This document shows positions 27,631-35,450 of a DNA stretch of 37,800 bases, in pieces. Every line of letters begins with the position of its first letter. The first letter of the stretch is position 1. The stretch comes from a virus (Duplodnaviria; Caudoviricetes). The translations under genes were made by a program, and so were the position numbers. The notes below the pieces were generated by a model. The model made no database searches and was not told the DNA's origin. It saw only the letters and a program-made list of their open reading frames with translations. The stretch covers positions 1-37,800 of the IMG/VR virus record IMGVR_UViG_3300031857_000560. One strand, written 5' to 3'.

Positions 27631-27969
27631 ATGATTAGAAATTTATGTAAAGAATGTGGTCAAAGACCCGTTGCTATTAACTATTATAAAAATGAAAAAC
27701 CTTTTTTCAGGTCAAAATGCGACCATTGTTCTAAAAACAGAAAAAAAGAAAGGCCACTATGGGCCTTTCACGGATATAAGAAAAAATCAGAATGTGATAA
27801 ATGCGGGTTTACTTCAAAATATCAAGAACAATTTAATGTTTATTATATTGACGGTAATCCTAGCAATTACAAATATTCTAATTTAAAAACTATTTGTGCT
27901 AATTGTCAACGAATACTACACAAACTTAAGCTGCCTTGGCGGCAAGGTGATCTGAAACCTGACTTTTAA
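27631..27969 (+). CDS. zinc-binding HNH-like protein, probably nuclease-inactive
   Basis: Four CxxC pairs; VYYIDGNPSN....NLKTICANCQ matches the HNH frame but lacks both histidines. Confidence 0.7.
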   Translation: MIRNLCKECGQRPVAINYYKNEKPFFRSKCDHCSKNRKKERPLWAFHGYKKKSECDKCGFTSKYQEQFNVYYIDGNPSNYKYSNLKTICANCQRILHKLKLPWRQGDLKPDF

Positions 27970-28591
27970 TTAACGAATCTAATTGATCAAATAGTTCAAC
28001 AATAGTTCCGTTGTTAGTAATTTCGTAATCTACAGGTAAACCTACCCATGCTGTTTCGCTACTATGAATTCCAAGTTGTTCTAACTGATGTTTACCTATT
28101 GCCCACCCTAGATGTTTTTCACCTTTATTGGCATTGACTGCATGTTCGTACCATTTTGGTTCTGGTCCTCGTTTAATTCTTACTACAATTCCACCAGAAT
28201 TTTTAATAGCTTTCATTTCGTTAGGAAATCTTACGTCACTAATTACAATGCTATCTTTAGTTTTTCTAAGTTTATTTTCTAAACTAGCTATCCAAATATC
28301 ATCGTGAAAATTATTTCTACAAACTTCAGTGCCCCAATACTGTAATATCCAACGTGGAGTAAGTTTTGGCATATTTAAACGTTCTGCCCACCATTGGTCA
28401 ACTGTTTCTCTCCACTCTCGAGATTCTCTTGTACGACCTTCTAGTAAAGTCCTATCCCATCCAAACACATGTGCAACAGCATCTTTTAGTGTATTAGCAA
28501 AACTATCTCGTCTAAATCCGTGATAATTAACCAAATAATCAGCAGCAGTATCCTTGCCACATCCTATAAATCCTACAAATCCAATAATCAT
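27926..28591 (-). CDS. deoxynucleoside monophosphate kinase (T4 gp1-like)
   Basis: GFIGCGKDT, SFANTLKD, TPRWILQYWGTE, ISDVRFPNE, HSSE. Confidence 0.93.
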   Translation of the reverse strand: MIIGFVGFIGCGKDTAADYLVNYHGFRRDSFANTLKDAVAHVFGWDRTLLEGRTRESREWRETVDQWWAERLNMPKLTPRWILQYWGTEVCRNNFHDDIWIASLENKLRKTKDSIVISDVRFPNEMKAIKNSGGIVVRIKRGPEPKWYEHAVNANKGEKHLGWAIGKHQLEQLGIHSSETAWVGLPVDYEITNNGTIVELFDQLDSLIKSQVSDHLAAKAA

Positions 28592-28612
28592 AGCATCTCC
28601 GGGCGATACTAT

Positions 28613-28641
28613 AATTTATACGTTAATAAGAAGTATGTCAA
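28613..28641 (-). promoter_or_regulatory. sigma70-like promoter for dNMP kinase
   Basis: TTGACA (28641-28636), 17-bp spacer, TAAATT (28618-28613). Confidence 0.65.
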
Positions 28642-28649
28642 TATTTTGT

Positions 28650-29408
28650 TTAGCCAATGACAAAAGTTAACGGGGTTGACCCGTCTTTATAATTAACAAG
28701 GTCTTGCTCTAAAGTTTCTATTTCGGCCTTGCCCTCTCCCTTTAATGCAGCGCCATTTAATTGTGTACCACCTTGAGGACTTGCAACCTGAGCGAATTTT
28801 TCACGAGCTTCACCTAAAATTAATTTACAAGTTGCTAGACTATAATCTTTCAGCCATTGATTTGCAAAAGGATCTTGCATTAAATTAAAGTCAGGTCTGT
28901 AATTGTGTAACCATAATAAAACTTCTTCTTCCGATCTTGGACGTTGCATCAAGGTTAATTTCTTAGAAGTTCTATTAAATGTAAAATTTATTTCACTACC
29001 GAACATTTTACCGACTTGCTTTTGGTAACTTGCAAATGCGTAATAGGTAGCTAAACCGCCCATATTTGTAGCAGTAAGTAGATATGTATTTGAATATGCT
29101 AAATTAAACGGTTCAAAAAGTGTACCGCCTTGTCCGCCACCTGAACGAGAACCTATACTACGTCTAAAAATTTGACGTACATTCATTACTTCAGATGGTA
29201 ATACATAGTCGTTTCTATCAACTTCAATAGTCAAAAAGCTAAAACTTTCTTCTACTGCATTACTACTACGTTGACGGAACTTGTTTAAAGCACGGTCAAT
29301 GGCAGTATTATAGTGAATAGGATCTAACTCTACGTCAATCATACCAGAGCCTAGCATGGTTTGACAGTAGTCTATAATTTTTTGGCGTTCGTTTTCGTTC
29401 TCAGTCAT
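28650..29408 (-). CDS. neck protein (gp13-like)
   Basis: LGSGMIDVEL, WLKDYSLA..K..LGEAREKF, GGTQLNG. Confidence 0.85.
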   Translation of the reverse strand: MTENENERQKIIDYCQTMLGSGMIDVELDPIHYNTAIDRALNKFRQRSSNAVEESFSFLTIEVDRNDYVLPSEVMNVRQIFRRSIGSRSGGGQGGTLFEPFNLAYSNTYLLTATNMGGLATYYAFASYQKQVGKMFGSEINFTFNRTSKKLTLMQRPRSEEEVLLWLHNYRPDFNLMQDPFANQWLKDYSLATCKLILGEAREKFAQVASPQGGTQLNGAALKGEGKAEIETLEQDLVNYKDGSTPLTFVIG

Positions 29409-29413
29409 ATCAA

Positions 29414-29430
29414 TATTTATGCTATAAATA
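29414..29430. promoter_or_regulatory. back-to-back late promoters
   Basis: CATAAATA on minus (5 nt to the ATG at 29408) and TATAAATA on plus (29423-29430, 7 nt to the ATG at 29438) within a 29-bp gap. Confidence 0.75.
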
Positions 29431-29437
29431 CATTACT

Positions 29438-30625
29438 ATGCCAAGACTTTCTTTATATCGCCCCGAAAAAGGCAACGATTTTCGTTTTTTAGATCGTGTG
29501 ATCAACGAACAATTCCAAGTAGGTGGAACTGATGTCTTTATTCACAAATATTTAGGTCCAGTTAACCCTGCTGCGGGAGAAAGTACTCCCACAACTCCGA
29601 ACAATTCAAATCCAATACCAGAATTAGGGATACAAGACTTATTGTTTATGGAAAATAGAGATCGTCACTATGACCCTGATATCTATGTAATCCGTGGAAT
29701 TTATACATTACAAGACATTGATTTTAACTTAAGTCAATTTGGTTTGTTTTTACAAAATGACAACATAATGATCCACTTTCATTTACGTGGTATTGTTGAT
29801 GTTCTCGGACGTAAACTTATGGCTGGTGATGTAATTGAACTTCCGCATCAAAAAGACGAATACGGATTAGATGACAGTTTAGTAGCATTAAAAAGATTTT
29901 ACGTTGTGCAAGAAGTAACACGTCCTGCCAATGGATATAGTCAAACTTGGTATCCGCATCTAATTAGGGCAAAATGTGCTCCGTTAGTTGATTCGCAAGA
30001 ATTTAAAGAAATACTTGATCAAGAATCTGGGGATGAAGACGGTAGTACATTACGTGATTTGTTATCTACATATCAAAAGAATTTAGAAATTAATAATCAA
30101 ATTATTGCCCAAGCACAAGAAGATACTGGAAAAAGTGGATACGAAACACAACATTTATATGTACTACCAGAAAAAGAAGACACAGGAACATTAGATGTAC
30201 TTGATACCACATTTGATAGTGATGCTAGTACTACATATTTAGATGCTAGTTTAGTGTTAAACAGCCCAAGAAAAGATTATTATGTAGGTTACTTAACTGG
30301 TGATGGTGTACCACCAAACGGAGCGCCATACGGATTCGGAATAACATTTCCTGGTAGTCCTGTGAGAGGACAATTTTATCTAAGAACAGATTATCTTCCT
30401 AACAGATTATTTAGATTTGACGGTGTTACTTGGATTAAATTCGAAGATAATGTAAGAATGACAAATAGTACTCAAGGTGGTACACAGACATTAGATGTTA
30501 ATAAAATTAGAAATAGTCAAAAGTCTGGATTTATTAATAATACAAATACAGCAACTATTGCAGGCGAAGTCGTACAAGAACGTCAAGCATTAAGTAAAGC
30601 CTTAAAGCCCCGAGCTGACAATTAA
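29438..30625 (+). CDS. neck/head-closure protein (gp14-like) with C-terminal extension
   Basis: DLLFMENRDR.Y, LSQFGLFL, GDVIELPH; lies between the gp13-like and gp15-like genes. Confidence 0.7.
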   Translation: MPRLSLYRPEKGNDFRFLDRVINEQFQVGGTDVFIHKYLGPVNPAAGESTPTTPNNSNPIPELGIQDLLFMENRDRHYDPDIYVIRGIYTLQDIDFNLSQFGLFLQNDNIMIHFHLRGIVDVLGRKLMAGDVIELPHQKDEYGLDDSLVALKRFYVVQEVTRPANGYSQTWYPHLIRAKCAPLVDSQEFKEILDQESGDEDGSTLRDLLSTYQKNLEINNQIIAQAQEDTGKSGYETQHLYVLPEKEDTGTLDVLDTTFDSDASTTYLDASLVLNSPRKDYYVGYLTGDGVPPNGAPYGFGITFPGSPVRGQFYLRTDYLPNRLFRFDGVTWIKFEDNVRMTNSTQGGTQTLDVNKIRNSQKSGFINNTNTATIAGEVVQERQALSKALKPRADN

Positions 30626-30638
30626 TTAGGAGATTAAA

Positions 30639-32039
30639 TTGGATTATTTTTATGACGGTCAGATAAGACGTTATCTTGCACAATTTATACAAGTAATGAG
30701 TAACTTTAGCTATAAGGATAGCAAAGGACAGTTAGTTCAAGTGCCTGTACGTTATGGTGATATGACTAGACAAGTTGCACAGATACTTAAAAAGAACAGT
30801 GAAAATACTATTCCTAGTGCTCCATTTATTGCCTGCTATATTAAAGATCTACAATTTGATCGTCCTAGATTACAAGATCCTACATTTGTTAGTAAAATTC
30901 ATATACGTGAACGTGAATTCGACGACAATGCTCAAGAATACTTAAACACTCAAGGTAGTAACTATACTATAGAACGTTTAATGCCTACACCTTATACAAT
31001 AACTTTTGCAGCCGATGTTTGGACAAGTAGTACAGATCAAAAATTACAATTATGGGAACAGATTGCAGTATTATTCACTCCTAGCTTTGAAATACAAACA
31101 ACTGACAATTATGTAGACTGGACCAGTTTAAGTGTTATAGATATCGATTCACAAATTTTTACTAGCCGTCAAATTCCACAAGGTACAAGTGAAGACATTG
31201 ATATTTTTAGTTGGACATTCAAGGCACCTATATGGATAACTCCACCTGCTAAAGTTAAGAAATTAGGAATAATTACAAAAATTATTACCAATATATTTTC
31301 TAGCAATGCTAAAGGATCAATAAATTCAATCTATGACAAAATTGGTGCCGCAGAAATGTTTGAAGGAACAGAACCGGATGCTACAATAACTGTAACTCCG
31401 GGAGATTTTGATTTACTTGTATTAAACAATACTGCACGGTTAATTAATTCAAATGGTGACGGTGAAGCTATAGATTTATCTAATCCTAGAAATTCTTCTA
31501 GTTGGCATACTTTGTTAGATGTCTATCCTGGAAAATTTCGTGCAGGGCTAAGTCAATTAAGATTTAATCAAGACGGCGAAAGTGAAGTAGTTGCTTATAT
31601 CAGCTTAGATCCAGTTGACGATAGAATAATGACATTGAACGTCGATACTGATACAATACCTACAAATACAATTTTATCCGGTCGAGGAACAGTTGATGCT
31701 ATTATTAATCCAGAAACTTATGATCCAAGAGGATTGGCAACAGGAACTAGATATCTAATATTAGAAGATATAAACTTAAATGAACAATTCGGCACACTGG
31801 GATATGATGGGCCCGATGCTTGGAAAAATACAGATAATTCAGATTTTCAAGCACATGCAAATGATATAATCGAATGGAACGGAACTAATTGGGTAATAAT
31901 TTTCAATTCTACATTATCGAACAACGTCATTTATATAACTAACTCTTATACAGGAACACAATATAAGTGGTCAAATGGTTCTTGGAGTAAAGTTTATGAA
32001 GGAATATACGATAAGAGATTATGGAGACTAGTTCTATAA
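30639..32039 (+). CDS. tail sheath stabiliser/terminator (gp15-like) with C-terminal extension
   Basis: YFYDGQIRRY..QF, VPVRYG, PTPY, QKLQLWEQI..LFTP, WITPP; TTG start with SD AGGAG. Confidence 0.85.
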   Translation: MDYFYDGQIRRYLAQFIQVMSNFSYKDSKGQLVQVPVRYGDMTRQVAQILKKNSENTIPSAPFIACYIKDLQFDRPRLQDPTFVSKIHIREREFDDNAQEYLNTQGSNYTIERLMPTPYTITFAADVWTSSTDQKLQLWEQIAVLFTPSFEIQTTDNYVDWTSLSVIDIDSQIFTSRQIPQGTSEDIDIFSWTFKAPIWITPPAKVKKLGIITKIITNIFSSNAKGSINSIYDKIGAAEMFEGTEPDATITVTPGDFDLLVLNNTARLINSNGDGEAIDLSNPRNSSSWHTLLDVYPGKFRAGLSQLRFNQDGESEVVAYISLDPVDDRIMTLNVDTDTIPTNTILSGRGTVDAIINPETYDPRGLATGTRYLILEDINLNEQFGTLGYDGPDAWKNTDNSDFQAHANDIIEWNGTNWVIIFNSTLSNNVIYITNSYTGTQYKWSNGSWSKVYEGIYDKRLWRLVL

Positions 32040-32455
32040 TTTGTAGTGGCGGATTATTTTTAAGTAAAGAAACAAAAAGATTTCTTTTATTATTACGTAA
32101 TCAAGGAAAAACAGCAGGAACATGGAGTATAGCAGGTGGTAAAAAAGAACCTTCCGACTGTACTATTTTTGATGGGCTTAAAAGAGAAATTGACGAAGAA
32201 ATCGGAAAACTGTCAATTCCTATTATAAAAACTGTTCCTTTAGAATTATTTGTTAGTAATGATCAACAATTTCAATATAACACATATATTTTAGTTGTAG
32301 AAAAAGAATTTATTCCGGAATTAAATCATGAACATTCCGGATATGCTTGGTGTAGTTTTGATTCTTGGCCGAAACCTTTACATCAAGGACTAAAAAATAG
32401 TTTTAATAATAAAATTGTCAGGGCTAAATTAGAAATTATGTTAGAGTTAATCTAA
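32021..32455 (+). CDS. NUDIX hydrolase
   Basis: GGKKEPSD.......KREIDEEIG Nudix box, LNHEHSGYAW, PLHQG. Confidence 0.88.
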   Translation: METSSIICSGGLFLSKETKRFLLLLRNQGKTAGTWSIAGGKKEPSDCTIFDGLKREIDEEIGKLSIPIIKTVPLELFVSNDQQFQYNTYILVVEKEFIPELNHEHSGYAWCSFDSWPKPLHQGLKNSFNNKIVRAKLEIMLELI

Positions 32456-33103
32456 CATATTAACATTAAACGCCCAAGTTCCTAGATGACTTATTTCTCT
32501 ACTTAACACAGTATCTATTTTAACAGTGTAACCTAAGTTGGCCATTTTTTGACATAGTAACATATCTTCACCTAACCAATCATTGCTCTTAGGTGTCCAT
32601 CCAAAATCAAACCAAGGTTTAGGAATTTTAGAAAATATTTCTGTTTTCATTAAAAAACATCCCATACCCACACCTTCAACCGGAACCAAATTATCTTTTA
32701 CATCAAATTTTAAAGGATCTTCCCACTGGCCAATTTTTGGATATGCAACACCTTTTATAGGAAATTGCCGGCGAACATAATTTGCAGCAACAACAGGTTC
32801 ATTATGTGCTAACAATCGAACCGCAGTAGTAGCAGGAAATACCATATCACTGTCTAGCCATAGCATATATTCACTACCTAATTTCAATGCTTCTGTAGCT
32901 AATCGTTCTCTTTGATTGAGCAATATAGTACTACTATCCATAAAAACTTGAGTATCTATATCATTCATAGTATTAAATTTTACTAATTCAAGTAAACTCA
33001 TTGCGTGAGCTGAATGTAATGTATCTCTACAAGGGACTAAAACTGCCAGTTTGCCCTTTTTTGAACTCCAAGCTGTTGAATCGAATACGCTTTTCTTTTT
33101 CAT
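32447..33103 (-). CDS. GT-A fold glycosyltransferase-like protein
   Basis: VLVPCRD, MLWLDSD (DxD), GMGCFLM, PWF, GEDMLLC, H.G. Confidence 0.75.
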   Translation of the reverse strand: MKKKSVFDSTAWSSKKGKLAVLVPCRDTLHSAHAMSLLELVKFNTMNDIDTQVFMDSSTILLNQRERLATEALKLGSEYMLWLDSDMVFPATTAVRLLAHNEPVVAANYVRRQFPIKGVAYPKIGQWEDPLKFDVKDNLVPVEGVGMGCFLMKTEIFSKIPKPWFDFGWTPKSNDWLGEDMLLCQKMANLGYTVKIDTVLSREISHLGTWAFNVNMLD

Positions 33104-33570
33104 GCTCCTGCTATGTCCTTACTTAATGTTTCGCCTTTGATAACTAATCCCTGAATTGCAGTTAGTAAATCTTGAGTGCGTTTAGCACATAGTATAAAGT
33201 CATTAGGGCTTAATTTACAAGCCGTATTCATAGAATCAAAACCGATTCTACCACTTGTTAACATTTCTATTGCACTAGTTCTAGCAAGATTTTCAATAAA
33301 AGCTGTTTTGGATTCTTCTTCAGAAGCATTAAGTAGGCTTAAACATTCTTTTTCATCCATATCGGATAATAATTCTGTTAGATACTTTAGTTCTATTTTT
33401 TCTTCAGGTGATAATGTTTTAATACTTTTTAATTCTCGAATACGATTAAAAAATTTTAAAAGTGTATCTGGATTAGTATCACGATCGAAATAAACTAATT
33501 CGTCTAATTCCCACTTTTTTGGACTTTTACTTACTTTTGATATTATTTTTTCAATGTTTTCTATCTTCAT
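33100..33570 (-). CDS. hypothetical helical protein
   Basis: 156 aa, ATGA-coupled on both sides. Confidence 0.7.
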   Translation of the reverse strand: MKIENIEKIISKVSKSPKKWELDELVYFDRDTNPDTLLKFFNRIRELKSIKTLSPEEKIELKYLTELLSDMDEKECLSLLNASEEESKTAFIENLARTSAIEMLTSGRIGFDSMNTACKLSPNDFILCAKRTQDLLTAIQGLVIKGETLSKDIAGA

Positions 33571-33770
33571 GGGTATGGGTATGGAGTTGGTTTTCCGCCA
33601 AATGTCGCCGACAGACTAATTTCTGTACCTGTAGATACCGATGCAAATGGGCCTAAGACACCACTTAAACTAATATTTGGTGTTGTAGGAGGGTATGGAC
33701 CCCCTGCAAATGCTGCATACACTTTTCCCATTGCAATTGCTGTACCTGTATACGGAATAAATCCTGGCAT
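33567..33770 (-). CDS. small Gly/Pro/Ser/Thr-rich putative virion protein
   Basis: 67 aa with ISLS twice and ISLSATFGG, reminiscent of phage fibre-tip/attachment motifs; late motif upstream. Confidence 0.5.
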   Translation of the reverse strand: MPGFIPYTGTAIAMGKVYAAFAGGPYPPTTPNISLSGVLGPFASVSTGTEISLSATFGGKPTPYPYP

Positions 33771-33785
33771 CTTAAATGACTTTCA

Positions 33786-33846
33786 TATTTATTGACCAAT
33801 CATTGTACCCTTATAGATTTTTGATTCTAGCCATATGATATTTATC
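33786..33846 (-). promoter_or_regulatory. two late promoter-like motifs
   Basis: AATAAATA (33793-33786) and GATAAATA (33846-33839) upstream of the 67-aa gene. Confidence 0.45.
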
Positions 33847-33876
33847 AATAAAAAAATATTTAAGATGCTTAAAAAT

Positions 33877-34761
33877 TTAGGCTGGTTTAGCAATATATTT
33901 GTTTTTAAATTTAGCTCTGGTAGTCATAATATAATCAAGATATTGATCAATTTTTTCCTTCCAGTTTTCTTCTATTTCTGGATTAACAATACCTGATTTA
34001 TAACTATTTAATGTACGATTTAACCATTCTTTAGGTTGATCTACACTAAACAAATATTTGTTAATATGATAAAAAGATGCTTGTTCTACTTTATTATAAA
34101 CATCAATGGGCTCTATTATTTTATCGAGACAAATAGCATATACGGCAGATTCACTCATATGCGAGGTATAAACTGTTTTTGCTTCTACTAAGAAAGAATA
34201 CATATCTGCATCACGATGCAATACATTAGCATCATTGAATAAATCTTTTAATTCTCCAACAAGTTGATGAGTAGTTAAAGGATGGGGCTTAAAATAAACA
34301 TCTTCATCTAACGTTGTAGAAATCCATTTTAGTTTATTAAGACATATTCTATCTTTTAGTTTATTTGACCCAACTAAAACTACTAAATTGTCTCTAGGAT
34401 AGTTTTTTGTATCCTTTTGAATATGAGTATATTTGTTAGATTGCCCTGACAGAATTCTATTTTTAAAATAAGTTACAAAATCTATTTTTTGTTCAGCATT
34501 ATCGTTGTAAGCATCTTGCATTTGTTGAACTCTTAATTCTTGCTGCAAAGGATGCATGATAAAAGAATGTGCCCATTCTGTATAATTTAATGTTTTAAAA
34601 AAAGGTATTTCATTAGCAATTACATCATATGCTACTTCGATTTTGTGTTTTTTTACACTATATAAAAAATATTTTTCAACATCTTTTAAATGATGAAGGC
34701 TTGTACATTTTTGTATTTCACCGATTCTCTCAGATAACGATTTTTTATTAAACATGTCCAT
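33877..34761 (-). CDS. hypothetical protein, possible GT-B/capsule-synthesis (KpsS-like) enzyme
   Basis: SNKY, VYFKPHP, LL/LV..A..VYT..SES.VYA..LDK.I pattern as in KpsS/sialyltransferase-like C-terminal domains. Confidence 0.5.
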   Translation of the reverse strand: MDMFNKKSLSERIGEIQKCTSLHHLKDVEKYFLYSVKKHKIEVAYDVIANEIPFFKTLNYTEWAHSFIMHPLQQELRVQQMQDAYNDNAEQKIDFVTYFKNRILSGQSNKYTHIQKDTKNYPRDNLVVLVGSNKLKDRICLNKLKWISTTLDEDVYFKPHPLTTHQLVGELKDLFNDANVLHRDADMYSFLVEAKTVYTSHMSESAVYAICLDKIIEPIDVYNKVEQASFYHINKYLFSVDQPKEWLNRTLNSYKSGIVNPEIEENWKEKIDQYLDYIMTTRAKFKNKYIAKPA

Positions 34762-34832
34762 AATGATATCTCACTTTATAAGAATTTATTTTTAATATAC
34801 TATATTTGAATAATAAATTACAATTTTTTTGG

Positions 34833-35411
34833 TTAAATTAAAAATTTTTTATCAACTGCTACGGATATTTTACAATTATTAAATTCTTTTAGCATGTTTA
34901 TCCAAAAGTCGGCCGACTCTTGAGTTACATGCATATTTGTGCCATTTAAGAAAAAATTCTTAGATGGCCCTGTGTTAATTGTATAAAAGATGTGAGTACT
35001 TTCATTGGAAAAATCTTGTAACTCTTTTAGAATTTTTGATATTTCAATTTTTGAAAAAAATTCTAATACATTAGAACAAATTATAATATCAAATTTTGAA
35101 TTTAATTTTTTAGAAAATGCTTCATTTCTAGGATCATATCTATGAAACGATTGAATTTTGGGCCCGAGAATTTCAAATAAATTTTGCCTTTTTTGACCTA
35201 TTATTGATTCGTGCCATATAGATGATGATCCGCACCCGTAATCTAACAAAGTTACTGATTTTTTATCTTTTAACTCTAATAAAATTTTATCTAATAATAA
35301 TTTAATTCCAGAACCATCAAATATAGGAAAATCATTTAATGTAATTTTTTTTCCGTGTCTGATAAATCTTCCATTATTAAAAATTTTTTTATACTCTTCT
35401 AAATAATCCAT
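34833..35411 (-). CDS. class I SAM-dependent methyltransferase
   Basis: LLDYGCG, RYDP, FDIIICSNVLE, N.HVT.....W. Confidence 0.8.
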   Translation of the reverse strand: MDYLEEYKKIFNNGRFIRHGKKITLNDFPIFDGSGIKLLLDKILLELKDKKSVTLLDYGCGSSSIWHESIIGQKRQNLFEILGPKIQSFHRYDPRNEAFSKKLNSKFDIIICSNVLEFFSKIEISKILKELQDFSNESTHIFYTINTGPSKNFFLNGTNMHVTQESADFWINMLKEFNNCKISVAVDKKFLI

Positions 35412-35430
35412 AAGCTTAATTAAGATACAC

Positions 35431-35438
35431 TATTTAAC
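35431..35438 (-). promoter_or_regulatory. late promoter-like motif
   Basis: GTTAAATA between the repeat-gene stop and the methyltransferase start. Confidence 0.5.
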
Positions 35439-35450
35439 TAACCTTAAAAA

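Noticed and set aside
2499-33493. Numerous 60-113 aa ORFs nested in or antisense to long genes (e.g. 9634-9957, 14141-14482, 25254-25559, 33176-33493)
   Set aside because: Fully overlap well-supported genes, with no motifs or translation signals noticed
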